Source: Nannocystales bacterium (GTDB taxonomy: Bacteria > Myxococcota_A > Polyangia > Nannocystales > Nannocystaceae). From it: a DNA stretch of 64,000 nucleotides. Below, one piece after another: positions 29,264 to 38,492 of the stretch. The stretch covers positions 64,001 to 128,000 of the forward strand of contig JBOEGF010000007.1 of the NCBI GenBank assembly GCA_050633305.1, written 5' to 3'. Each line of letters opens with the position of its first letter. Positions within the stretch are counted from its first letter, which is position 1. Both the position numbers and the translations under genes were made by a program. The notes beneath the pieces were generated by a model, which ran no database searches, had not been told where the DNA came from, and was given only the letters and a program-made list of their open reading frames with translations.

Positions 29264-29788
29264 CTACTCGCTCTTTCCGAATCCTACGACGAAGTCACTG
29301 TTGACCGCTGCGGCGTGGCAGTCCTGGCAAAACTCGACCCGACCAAAGTGTGACGCCTCGTCTCCGCGGACACGGAGCCAGACCCAGTCCCCATACTCGG
29401 GGTCGTAGCCTTCGGGCCCCTTGAACATGATGTTGACGCCAAAAAGTTCGCCCTCCTCGTTGAAGTGTTCTTTGACGAACGTCGTACCGGGCTCGAACTG
29501 CACTGACTGGCTGGGGTCCATCGCGTCGATGGAATGGAACAAGTCTTCGACGTCTGCCGTCCCCCAGATCAGCACGCTCGCCGCGTCTGCATGGGTTTCG
29601 GCGTGTTCCGGTTCGCCCTCGTACGGGACGAGGTTGGTCCGATAGCCCATCAATTCGTCCGTGACTTCCTCCTCGTCGACCTCGACCTCAAACTCGTCGT
29701 CCGAGCTCTGCTCGATCTCGCCGTTGGCTCGCATCGCCCGATCGGGCTCGGAGCAGCCCAGGCAGAGAATCGACGCGAACAGGACCAT
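29264..29788 (-). CDS. Cytochrome P460 family lipoprotein
   Basis: Lipobox ILCLG-C; GTTFVKE, MFK...YDP...GDW, C-terminal CQDCH and DFV motifs. Confidence 0.8.
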   Translation of the reverse strand: MVLFASILCLGCSEPDRAMRANGEIEQSSDDEFEVEVDEEEVTDELMGYRTNLVPYEGEPEHAETHADAASVLIWGTADVEDLFHSIDAMDPSQSVQFEPGTTFVKEHFNEEGELFGVNIMFKGPEGYDPEYGDWVWLRVRGDEASHFGRVEFCQDCHAAAVNSDFVVGFGKSE

Positions 29789-29844
29789 AGGGCCGTGTCC
29801 CGGGGCGTCCTGCTGCCCCCGGGGCGTGTCGGGTTCGGCACCCT

Positions 29845-30768
29845 TCACTGGCCACCCCCGAGCACCGACTGGACAGGCACCTCGTCGTAGACCAGTTTGA
29901 CTGGATCCTCGGATTGGTAATAGGGGAGGTTCGCCGTCGTTTGCGCCACGATCTGGAGCTTCACGGTCCCGACGCCGTCGGGGAGAATGAGCCCCTGCTC
30001 TGCAGTAAGTCGATTGACGCGAGAGAGGCCCTGCGGAATGATGGATGTCTGATAGTCGAAGTTGCACTCAGGAAGACACCCTGGGACGTCAGAGTCGACG
30101 AAGAGGTGCACATATCCTTCGTGGTCCCCCGGGGTGGCCGAAGGCGCCATGAATCCCGGGTTGACGAAGGTGAAGTTCAACGCGGCGATCTCGATCTCCA
30201 TCTCGTCTTCACCGAGCTGCACCCTAGACGCCGGGGCGGGAGACAGGATCCCCACGTGCTCCTCTCCATCGTCCACCCAGAACGCGACGTGTGCCTCGGA
30301 TTCGGGGGATTCGAACCGTTCACCGGAGAGTCGGCGGGCCGACAGCACGAGGTGGTGCAGCCCTGGCGCTGTCGGGGCGGCCATGCCCGGCAGGTCGATC
30401 CCGCTCTCGAGCGTCCCTCCGGTAATCGCGTCGACGAGTTCTCCGTCCAGGTAGACTTCGATGTAGCCCGCATTTTGCGACTCGCCCTCCACCGACGTGA
30501 GTTCGAAGTTGCTCCCCCGGACGGTCAGGGGCACCGTGGTGCTCCCGATGTCGAAGATTTCGAGCATCGGAGGGTCGAGAATCTCGATACTGGGCCCGGT
30601 CAGGTCCTCCGTTGAGCGACATAAGCCTCCTGCGCACGAAAGACCGACGGGACACTCGATGTCCTCCTCGCAGACAAAGACCGAGGACACATCTGTGTCC
30701 AAATCGGCAGAGAAGCAACCCCCGACGAGGCAAGCTGCGATTGTGATGGCATGTACTCGCGAATACAT
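29845..30768 (-). CDS. Hypothetical lipoprotein: small Cys-rich N-domain plus two related beta-rich domains
   Basis: Lipobox CLVGG-C; C-x5-CP-x4-C-x4-C; paired segments GYIEVYLDG and GYVHLFVDS. Confidence 0.75.
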   Translation of the reverse strand: MYSRVHAITIAACLVGGCFSADLDTDVSSVFVCEEDIECPVGLSCAGGLCRSTEDLTGPSIEILDPPMLEIFDIGSTTVPLTVRGSNFELTSVEGESQNAGYIEVYLDGELVDAITGGTLESGIDLPGMAAPTAPGLHHLVLSARRLSGERFESPESEAHVAFWVDDGEEHVGILSPAPASRVQLGEDEMEIEIAALNFTFVNPGFMAPSATPGDHEGYVHLFVDSDVPGCLPECNFDYQTSIIPQGLSRVNRLTAEQGLILPDGVGTVKLQIVAQTTANLPYYQSEDPVKLVYDEVPVQSVLGGGQ

Positions 30769-31713
30769 TCAGAAGCTCCAACGGGCCTGGAGGGCGAGGG
30801 TCTGGGAAGAGAAGACGGGGGAAATACTGCGTAGTTGGGCGTAGTTGCGTTCGGTCCGGTCGAGCCGCCGACGGGCGATGACGGCCATGATGGCGCCGAC
30901 TCCGGCAAGTACGCCACCGGTCGCGATCGCGGCGACCTGCATGGCTTCGAAGTCCCGGCCTCGGGCTTCAAGATCTTCGGCCTCTCGGAGCGTGAGGCGG
31001 CCTGGGTTTTGGCCGGCCGACAGGTCATCAATTCGGTCGCTGTTCCGTCGCGCGACGATGCCGAATCCCACGCCACCGCCGACGGCGAGCGCGCCTCCCA
31101 GTCCTGCGAGCGTGACTCCAGCTGCGAACAGACGGGTTTGGCCGCGACGTTGGGCCTCGTAGTCTCGGTCAGCACGCGTGTCCATGCCGTCGGGGCGGGC
31201 CGAGGCCGTTGGCGAGTCGGGCGCGTCCTCCTGGACCAGTTTCCGGAGGACTTCGATGCGGTCTGCCGCCGCCGCCCGTTCCTCGAGCGGGATCCTCGGC
31301 TGCGTCACGAACTGCTCGTAGCGGAGGAGCGCCTCGGGCAGTTCCCCCATCTCTTCGTGAATCCGACCCATGTTGAAGAGGTCGGTCGAGTGAGGAGACA
31401 GCTCCATGGCGGCGGAAAACGCCTCCAGTGCACCTTCGTAGTCTTCCTCGAAGAAGCACTCCTCCGCGGTGGCGCGAAGCTCCTTGGCTTTGTCTGCATC
31501 GCTCTGGGCCTGGCTCGACGAATCCTGAGTGACGCCCACGGGGTCGGTGACCTCCCTGCTGAGCTGGGTGTCGTCCTCACCGCTGGTGGGCGATGCCGCG
31601 GCCTCGCCTGCTGTCAGACACGCGGTGATGTGAAGCGTGACCACCGCAAAACTGACCGAGACCCGTCGACCCCACGCGGATGGATTGAACTTCCTGTCTC
31701 TCCAATGACTCAT
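30769..31713 (-). CDS. TPR-containing exported protein with Gly-rich hydrophobic segments and C-terminal Phe
   Basis: YEGALEAFSAAMELSP...LFNMGRIHEEMG TPR pair; ends LALQARWSF; ATGA overlap with the upstream peroxidase. Confidence 0.8.
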   Translation of the reverse strand: MSHWRDRKFNPSAWGRRVSVSFAVVTLHITACLTAGEAAASPTSGEDDTQLSREVTDPVGVTQDSSSQAQSDADKAKELRATAEECFFEEDYEGALEAFSAAMELSPHSTDLFNMGRIHEEMGELPEALLRYEQFVTQPRIPLEERAAAADRIEVLRKLVQEDAPDSPTASARPDGMDTRADRDYEAQRRGQTRLFAAGVTLAGLGGALAVGGGVGFGIVARRNSDRIDDLSAGQNPGRLTLREAEDLEARGRDFEAMQVAAIATGGVLAGVGAIMAVIARRRLDRTERNYAQLRSISPVFSSQTLALQARWSF

Positions 31714-33101
31714 TGTGGCCCCATCAGTGATTCGTCCAACGGGGCGCCCTCCAGGGTCCCCAAGAAGGCAACGAGCGCCTGCCGTTCGTGTGCGTCGAGC
31801 GACAATGGCCGGATCAACTCGTCTCGGGCGCCATCGAAGCTTCCGTTTGCTGAGCCCCCAAGGTCGTATTGTTGAATGACGGCCTCCAGGCTGGCGAAAT
31901 TCCCGGTATGCATGTACGGGGGCGTGAGGTTCACACTGCGTAGTGTGGGGGTCTTGAATGCACCCAGTTCTCCGCCCTCGAGGGTCTGCACCGCGCATTG
32001 GCTGGGATCGGGGTGGTCGCTCCACTCACTGGCACAGTTGAAGCCGTTGCCGACGAGCTTTCCGACTCCAGCTGCACGACCTTCGTCGTTCTCGGGGATG
32101 TTCTCCCCGTTTTGCGCGATACCGATGTTGTGAAACTGGTTGTCCGTGAAGTTCGGCCCGCTGTGACATCCGAGGCACCGGCCCTTCCCAATGAACACAC
32201 GTAGGCCGTGACGTTCCTGCTCGGTCAGCACATCGTTCTCGGTATCCCCGTTCGACAAGGCGAGCCAGAACTCATCAAACCGTGAGTCGCGGCTCACCAG
32301 CAGACGCTCGTAGGCAGCGAGCGCCTTGCCGAAGTTGACGTACACCTCGGTCACCGAGTCACGCACGTCCTCGGGCAGCGCATCCCATTCTTTTTCGCCC
32401 GGCTTGAGCGCGGGGTCGACGATGGGGTCCCCGGCAGCGTCGCGGAGTTCCGGGAGCGGCCCGAAGACCGACTCGTACTCCTCTGCATACTCGTCGAGTA
32501 TCAGCAGCGCGATGCCAGATCGGGTGCCACCCATCACCACGGCGCTCTCGGGCGGCCCAAGAGCTTGGCCCCATTGGCTATCGGCTCGACCGTCCCACAG
32601 CTGCCAGTTCGTCTCGTTCTCGGCTGCCGCACCGTATGCGCCATTGAAGAGCGCGATGGATGCCCGTCCCGTGACCGACATCCCCAGGGAGGTGTTGGCA
32701 CGTGAGTCTCCGAACCCATCTGTGGGCTCATGGCACGTCGCGCAGGAGATTTCCCCGTTTCCAGAGTACCGCGTATCAAAGAACAGCTTCAATCCGAGCG
32801 CGGCGGCGGCGGGGTCATCGGCGTAAGCGTTGCTCAGATCTGGTGGTGGGGCGTCCGGCATCGGGCCCAACCACGCCAGGATGATCTCGACTTCCTTGTC
32901 TGAGAAAACGCTGGGATCGACTTCAACCTCGGGGTCGGTGTCGCCGGTCTCTGTGCCCTCGGTGTCGGTCATGTCTTGCTCGGGAGGAGCGTCTGCATCC
33001 GAGCAGCCAGCCACCGGTGCTGAAACCAGTGCCCCCAATAGTGCGAAGCGGGTCGCGCGGGGGAATGTGAGAGGTGTCGACTGGGACAATCGGAGGTCCA
33101 T
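31710..33101 (-). CDS. Diheme cytochrome c peroxidase/MauG superfamily lipoprotein
   Basis: Lipobox APVAG-C; LFFDTRYS, CATCH, LWDGRA, CLGCH, FKTPTLR and PYMHTG motifs. Confidence 0.93.
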   Translation of the reverse strand: MDLRLSQSTPLTFPRATRFALLGALVSAPVAGCSDADAPPEQDMTDTEGTETGDTDPEVEVDPSVFSDKEVEIILAWLGPMPDAPPPDLSNAYADDPAAAALGLKLFFDTRYSGNGEISCATCHEPTDGFGDSRANTSLGMSVTGRASIALFNGAYGAAAENETNWQLWDGRADSQWGQALGPPESAVVMGGTRSGIALLILDEYAEEYESVFGPLPELRDAAGDPIVDPALKPGEKEWDALPEDVRDSVTEVYVNFGKALAAYERLLVSRDSRFDEFWLALSNGDTENDVLTEQERHGLRVFIGKGRCLGCHSGPNFTDNQFHNIGIAQNGENIPENDEGRAAGVGKLVGNGFNCASEWSDHPDPSQCAVQTLEGGELGAFKTPTLRSVNLTPPYMHTGNFASLEAVIQQYDLGGSANGSFDGARDELIRPLSLDAHERQALVAFLGTLEGAPLDESLMGPQ

Positions 33102-33705
33102 CGGGTGGTGCTGCCTTGTCTGCGAATGCCAGCTCGGAGGCCGAACTCCTGGCTTGGTTGGACTCAAGTGAACAACGGCCGGCCGAACGGTGTGCGGCTT
33201 TCGCTGAGTTGAATTAATGTACATAAGGGTAACCCCGGTTATGGTCAACTCCTCATGTGTCCGCATCTGGGCCGGGTGGCATTCATCATTCTTGACCCGC
33301 TTCTCCTCAGGGATCGGCCAGCCAGCCCCCCGGAGATGCCCCTGTAGGGGGTGTTGTAGACAAAATGGTTAGAGCTGAGTGCTTCTATTCGTTCGGTCGA
33401 CGATGGACCTCGGTGGACGGAATGGTAGGAATGCGTCGGCGCGGAGCCGATGGGTGCGTGGGGGCGACACGCGGGGGCAACGCTCCGGGGGCCTGCAGCA
33501 GGCACGGAGCAAACGAGGCGCAGGGGCACGGCCGGAGGCTCCGAAGGGGGGCAGACTGCTCCTCGTGGCTGTTCGCTGCGTTGCGCAGGGGAGGGTGAGG
33601 GCGGGGCCGGAGGTGTGGGCTGAAGGTCTGCCCAGAGCGTAGGGCTGCTCGAATTGGTGCTCTTTTCCGTGACGCTGGCGGACGCTGAACTGCGCACCCC
33701 CCGAG

Positions 33706-33750
33706 TCGCGAGCGACGGCGGTCGCTCGCGAAGACACTTCTATAATGTCT
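33706..33750. promoter_or_regulatory. Perfect 11-bp hairpin followed by a TATAAT box flanked by an AGACA/TGTCT inverted repeat
   Basis: TCGCGAGCGAC-GGCG-GTCGCTCGCGA at 33706-33731; TATAAT at 33741-33746. Confidence 0.4.
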
Positions 33751-34575
33751 CGAGAGATCGACATTCCGGACACCCGGATTGTCGTGAGCGTTCATCTCTA
33801 TTCTCTCGGATCGTCGTTGCGCAACCGGTGAGTTTTCTGCGGACCCCGGCCTCTCGCGTCCCGCGTTGAGGCGCCCGAGTCAGGTGCGTCCGATGCACGC
33901 GATCGTTCGCGGACGAACTGTTGACCCGCGGTCGCTGTGGCGATTCGTGCTGGCCTGACTGACGCTCCGGTTGACGGGCTCCGATTCGTCGGCGAGGCGC
34001 GGCTGTCAAAAACATGACCCCCGGCGGTCCCACTCTTCGCAGACAGGGGAACACCTCCGATACGGTTGTCCAGGCTCACGTACGGACAGGTCGCAGAGCT
34101 GGAAGCCAGGGGCAAAGATCCCCGAACCGTCATAGAACGGTGATTTCGCCAAAAGAACTGTGTTCTAGATTGCAGCGTTCGACTTCAGCGTCAACGGTTC
34201 GACTATCCGACGTCCGGCATCGGTATCTCGTCGTCACTTCCAGCTGTCGAGCCGTCGGACCATATGGGGACGCGTTCTGTCGCGGATTAGGGACGGGGAT
34301 ATTGCTTGCAGAGCCCGTGGGCCGAACTCCGAAACTGGGTGTAGCCGGCGGAATACGCAAACAACGCGGAGGCCCGGCGGCAGGTCGACTGTCGGTTTGA
34401 TCGGCGTGCGCGCAGGTCCGGGGGGCAGCCCCGGGGCCGTATTCGAGCGATAATGCCACCGGGACTTGGGCCGGCTCGACTGCCCACAATGTTGGGACCG
34501 CTTTTTGCACAGGTGGTCGGTTGCTCACCGAGCTCGTTCGTAGGGACGACAGACGCGGCGGGCGGGAACACCACA

Positions 34576-36288
34576 ATGGAAGCGCACAAACTCACCTCCA
34601 CCCAACGTTCAATCCCTCTGCTCGCTCAAATGCTTGTTGTGATCATCCCGGTTGCCGGCTGTGAGGGCGATTCGGCGGCTCGCAACGACGCGATCTATCT
34701 CAGTGAGCCACCGGCACCCATCGATGATGGCAACAAACTCTCGCAGTACGTCGCGCAATGCGAGGCGGTCCTTGGCACGATCCCGGAGATCAGCTGCGAC
34801 CCAGCCAACCCGAGCCCAGGCACCAACGTCACCAGGATCCCGGTGTTTGTGGACGGATACCTGCTTGGATTTGGCGGAGGCCGCGATGAGGAGGAGTTCG
34901 CACGCAGGGCTGCCGAGGATGACTACAGCTGCGATTTCCCCAGCATTGGTGGTGACTTCGCCTGCTCCGTGGGGTCGACGCTCGTCCAGTATCAGAGCGA
35001 GGACAACCCCAACGTGCAATGGGTGGGGCTGTGCCGGGGGGCGCCAGGCGATCGCCCGGACTACAACCGATTCATCGGCAATGGACTCATCGGGGCAAAC
35101 ACCGTCACCGGTGAGATGTGCTTCTTCTTCGGGGCGAACGATGATGTCGACGAACCCTACGTTTTGCCCAAGCTTTCGAGTGAGGTGGCGTCGGAGGAGG
35201 AGTTGTCACCCTGGTTACCACCGCAGGAGATGCCGGGCTCGTGTCTATCCTGCCACCCCAACAACGACCCCTGGGTGATGACACCGTGGCTGCAGCCGAG
35301 CTACATGGGGCAGGTCCTCACCAGCGACGATTACCCGCTGGAGCTGCCCGACGGTGTGGGCTTGGAGGATGTCATGGCGGCTCGGTTCATCCAGCAGACG
35401 GACCCCCGGTACAAATCACTTCTGCCTGACCCGCTGCCCGAGGGACGGACGGCATGGACCGAGGAGGAGATCTTTGGGGAGGGTGGTGAGCTGGTCCACC
35501 GTCAATACCGTGCCGTCGGCTCGAGCTACGTGGCGAACGAGGCGGCGGGGACGGTCGCGAACCGGTCCGGGGTGAAGGACCCGGCGTGGGAGATCAACTT
35601 CCGGGAGCGACTGCGTCTGCAGCCTGCGGAGTCCAGCTGCGCCCAGGGATGTCATGCCTTGGCCAACTCCCACTTCGCGAAGATGGCGATGGACTCGTTC
35701 GGGGACAAGTACGCGAGCAAGTACCTCTCCGAGAGCATGCGTGAGGACGGGTTCCCGGGCGGGACATGGATGCCTCCCGGAGGTGGGTCGGCTGAGCCTT
35801 GGCTGACGATGTTCGAAGAGGGGGAGGCCTCGGTCCCGGCGATCACGGAGTGTCCGATCCCCAAGCGTGTGGACGAGGCTGTCACGGTTGTGGCGCGATG
35901 TGAGCCGGATGAGGATGGCGGATTCGTCGGCGTCGTCGACGTCCAATGGAACTACGTCAACGACTACGGGGATGTACCAGGCCGCGACGACATTCGATTC
36001 GATATCGCGGTGAGCTCGGGTGACGAGGCCGAGTTCCACGGCCGGGCCCCCAACGGTGGGCCCGAGGGGGTCCGGATGGAAGCGACGACCGCCAACACCT
36101 CCGTCGCGCGGGATTTTGCACCCCGGACGAAAGGCGGGTCCGAGTATCGCGTGCAGTTGCCCGTGGCGGGTGACGGGGTCGTTCGTGTTGAGCTTCAGCC
36201 CAAGCGCTACTGCTTCGAGGAGCCCGACCGTCGTCCGTTTGCGTACGCTCAGCCCAATGTCACCGAAGTCGAACTCGACTGCGAGTAG
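34576..36288 (+). CDS. Uncharacterised Cys-rich lipoprotein with CxxCH and CxxxCH motifs (putative c-type cytochrome)
   Basis: Lipobox IIPVAG-C; CLSCH and CAQGCH; about ten further Cys; long ORF with coding-like codon usage. Confidence 0.75.
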   Translation: MEAHKLTSTQRSIPLLAQMLVVIIPVAGCEGDSAARNDAIYLSEPPAPIDDGNKLSQYVAQCEAVLGTIPEISCDPANPSPGTNVTRIPVFVDGYLLGFGGGRDEEEFARRAAEDDYSCDFPSIGGDFACSVGSTLVQYQSEDNPNVQWVGLCRGAPGDRPDYNRFIGNGLIGANTVTGEMCFFFGANDDVDEPYVLPKLSSEVASEEELSPWLPPQEMPGSCLSCHPNNDPWVMTPWLQPSYMGQVLTSDDYPLELPDGVGLEDVMAARFIQQTDPRYKSLLPDPLPEGRTAWTEEEIFGEGGELVHRQYRAVGSSYVANEAAGTVANRSGVKDPAWEINFRERLRLQPAESSCAQGCHALANSHFAKMAMDSFGDKYASKYLSESMREDGFPGGTWMPPGGGSAEPWLTMFEEGEASVPAITECPIPKRVDEAVTVVARCEPDEDGGFVGVVDVQWNYVNDYGDVPGRDDIRFDIAVSSGDEAEFHGRAPNGGPEGVRMEATTANTSVARDFAPRTKGGSEYRVQLPVAGDGVVRVELQPKRYCFEEPDRRPFAYAQPNVTEVELDCE

Positions 36289-36406
36289 CGCACGGTGGCG
36301 GAGCTCGAACAACCGAAGGCGTGGTCAGGGACGCCACGCCTTCGACGAGTCGATACAGCCCTGCGATGCTTTCTTTCGCACCGCGCGGGGGCCTCTGGTC
36401 GCTCGA

Positions 36407-37351
36407 CTACCCGGCGATTGCTCCGAGCATCGGGTCATTGCGGGCAACGTCTGCTGCACCAGCGAGCGCGGCCACGTGCGCCTCGGATAGGCCAGGCCCA
36501 TGGGGGCACGGGTTCTCAGACAGTCGTTCAGCCCGCTCGCTCTCCGAGCTCCCACCCAGCCTATCCACATGGTCCGCCATTGCGACGACTGTCGCGAGGG
36601 GTTCGTCGCTCTGTCCTGGCTTGTGGTGATGACGTGCGCACTCCCTCACCGTTGCTCCCAGGCCCCAGCGCTCCAGGAGCAGCGTGCCCAAGGCCCCGTG
36701 GGCCCCGTTCCCCACACGACGTGCCACCTCGGGATCCCACAGCCGCGAGTCCTTTCGACCATACTCCGCCAGGGCATTCAGCACGACGAGTCGGCCCGCG
36801 TCGTGAAAAAGACCGGCGAGGAACCCTTCGCTCGCATCGATCTTCATCATTCGGCAGATGTAGCTGCTCAGCACCGCGACCACGAACCCGTGCTTCACTT
36901 CTTCTTGGGCAGGCTCGTCGAGTGGCGGACATCGAAACACGCCCGCGAGCGAGACGGCGAAGGCAAGGTCCCGCATGCCTCTGACCCCCAGCCGCATCGA
37001 TGCCTGGGCGAGGTCTTGCGGTGCACGATTGCCGAACGCCGCAGACCCGGCCGCCTTGAGTACCCGCCCCGCGAGCTCAGGCTCTCGCTGAACCAACGCC
37101 AGCGCCGCGCCGATATCGGGGTCGGTGGATGACGCGAGGCGCCCGAGTTCCACTGCGACCCGAGGGAGCGGTTTGATCTTGAGCCTGTCGGCTCGAAAGT
37201 CCTCGACGATCCGGCAGGCGGTTGCCTTCGCGAGCTCCGCCTCATCGCTTGCCGCGCTGATCGAGTACACCCGTTGCTTGATGACTTTTCCCCGCAGTTG
37301 TTGCCGCACGAGGACTGTCATCGACAACGTGGCCGAGTCGGTTGAGCGCAA
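36407..37351 (-). CDS. HDOD domain signalling protein (start uncertain; ATG 37321 is an alternative)
   Basis: PLPRVA, EPELAGRVLKAAGS, AGLFHDAGRL, LLERWGL and HHH motifs. Confidence 0.88.
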   Translation of the reverse strand: MRSTDSATLSMTVLVRQQLRGKVIKQRVYSISAASDEAELAKATACRIVEDFRADRLKIKPLPRVAVELGRLASSTDPDIGAALALVQREPELAGRVLKAAGSAAFGNRAPQDLAQASMRLGVRGMRDLAFAVSLAGVFRCPPLDEPAQEEVKHGFVVAVLSSYICRMMKIDASEGFLAGLFHDAGRLVVLNALAEYGRKDSRLWDPEVARRVGNGAHGALGTLLLERWGLGATVRECARHHHKPGQSDEPLATVVAMADHVDRLGGSSESERAERLSENPCPHGPGLSEAHVAALAGAADVARNDPMLGAIAG

Positions 37352-37770
37352 TCGGTGCGCCCTCCGAATTGAGCGCTCGGGGCGAGGTCCCTCCTATCCG
37401 GGGCTGCGATGCTCGATTAGCTGCCAATCCCGGCTCCGATGACGCAAAAACTGCGGATTCCGGATGTACGTAGCTTCGCACGATCAGCGAACCCCTGAAG
37501 CGCAGCGGAGCCGCTGCGAGCGCGAGCGTTCGCCCCGCGGCCTGCTACGAGAACAGATCTCGGACCCGCCGGATTGAGGGGTGGTGGTCGAACTCCGGTG
37601 GAACGATGTCCCCGGACCGGGAACACCGTGTGTACGGGCGCGGCCGACATCCGCGTCTGACCCGCGGTGGCCGAGATTAGGACGGCCCGTAGGGAGCGTC
37701 CCTAGATTCAGCTCGCCTGCATGACACCGCCCCCGAACGACATTGCGTCGCTCCTCGCCGGTCGCTTGTG

Positions 37771-38442
37771 CTACGGGAGCGCGACCGGGATTTCGACGAG
37801 GGCTTCGATGCGCTTGTGAACGGCCTCGATCGCGCCTTGGGGGCTCATGGTCACGTAGTACTCGACGCCGCCGCTTTCGACCTCCGCCGTCACGATATCC
37901 AGACTCGGGCCTTTCTTGGTTTCGACCTCGAGGAGCTTGCCGTCGGGGTAGGCGGACTTCACCGCCGCGGTGATCTGCGGGGGAACGTCCGCCATCTCGA
38001 GCTCGCACTCCTGGTAGCGCAGCGTTCTATCCGGCGTCGCGGAGACTTCGCATTCTTGGCCATCGGCGGTCTTGACCTCGACCTCGTGGACGATGCCGGC
38101 GTCGGCGTAAAACTCGGTCTCGTAGGCGACGATGGTGGCGCCCGGGTACAGCTCCATGGCCTTGGCCTTGACGACCTCGGAAACCGCGGAGGCGTCGTCG
38201 TGGTAGATGGCCTGCTTGATCAGCGCGCCCTGCTCGTCGAGTCGGAACTCGAACTCCTCGACGGTGTGCGCCGTGACGGCGATCCGGGCGACGGTCTCAT
38301 GCAGGCCAGTGCTGGGGGTCGCCACTGCGGGACTCATCGATGGCGATGGGGGCTGGGCATCCACCGGGCTCGCGGTCTCCGACGGGGTGACGCAGCCGGG
38401 CGACAAAGCCGAGAGCAAGAGGGTGGTGCACAGAGCTCGCAT
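37771..38442 (-). CDS. Lipoprotein with tandem PepSY-like domains
   Basis: Lipobox SALSPG-C; repeated V-x3-V-x5/6-YP-x-[AG] units with HEVEV / AEVE strands. Confidence 0.7.
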   Translation of the reverse strand: MRALCTTLLLSALSPGCVTPSETASPVDAQPPSPSMSPAVATPSTGLHETVARIAVTAHTVEEFEFRLDEQGALIKQAIYHDDASAVSEVVKAKAMELYPGATIVAYETEFYADAGIVHEVEVKTADGQECEVSATPDRTLRYQECELEMADVPPQITAAVKSAYPDGKLLEVETKKGPSLDIVTAEVESGGVEYYVTMSPQGAIEAVHKRIEALVEIPVALP

Positions 38443-38492
38443 GCCCCGACTCTGAGGCACGTCGGCGCCTCGCACAAGTTCAGCGGACGGCC

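Noticed and set aside
34105..34145. GGGGCAAA stem as a c-di-GMP-I riboswitch
   Set aside because: The GNRA tetraloop/receptor arrangement and second stem of the motif are not evident.
34295..34310. Sigma-54-like GG-N10-GC element
   Set aside because: Only the TTGCA half matches; the -24 half departs from TGGCAC at several positions.
34014..34400. 128-aa ORF and other short ORFs in the 33.1-34.6 kb gap
   Set aside because: No motifs, no clear RBS and codon usage unlike real genes here; not called, though small proteins cannot be excluded.
27600..37700. Mobile genomic island around the heme operon
   Set aside because: Parts look slightly less GC-rich by eye, but I found no integrase, transposase, tRNA or flanking direct repeats; a GC/codon-usage computation is needed.
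37352..37770. Intergenic stretch with a CGCAGCGG/CCGCTGCG hairpin as an ncRNA
   Set aside because: A single short GC-rich stem is expected by chance at this GC content, and nothing else supports it.
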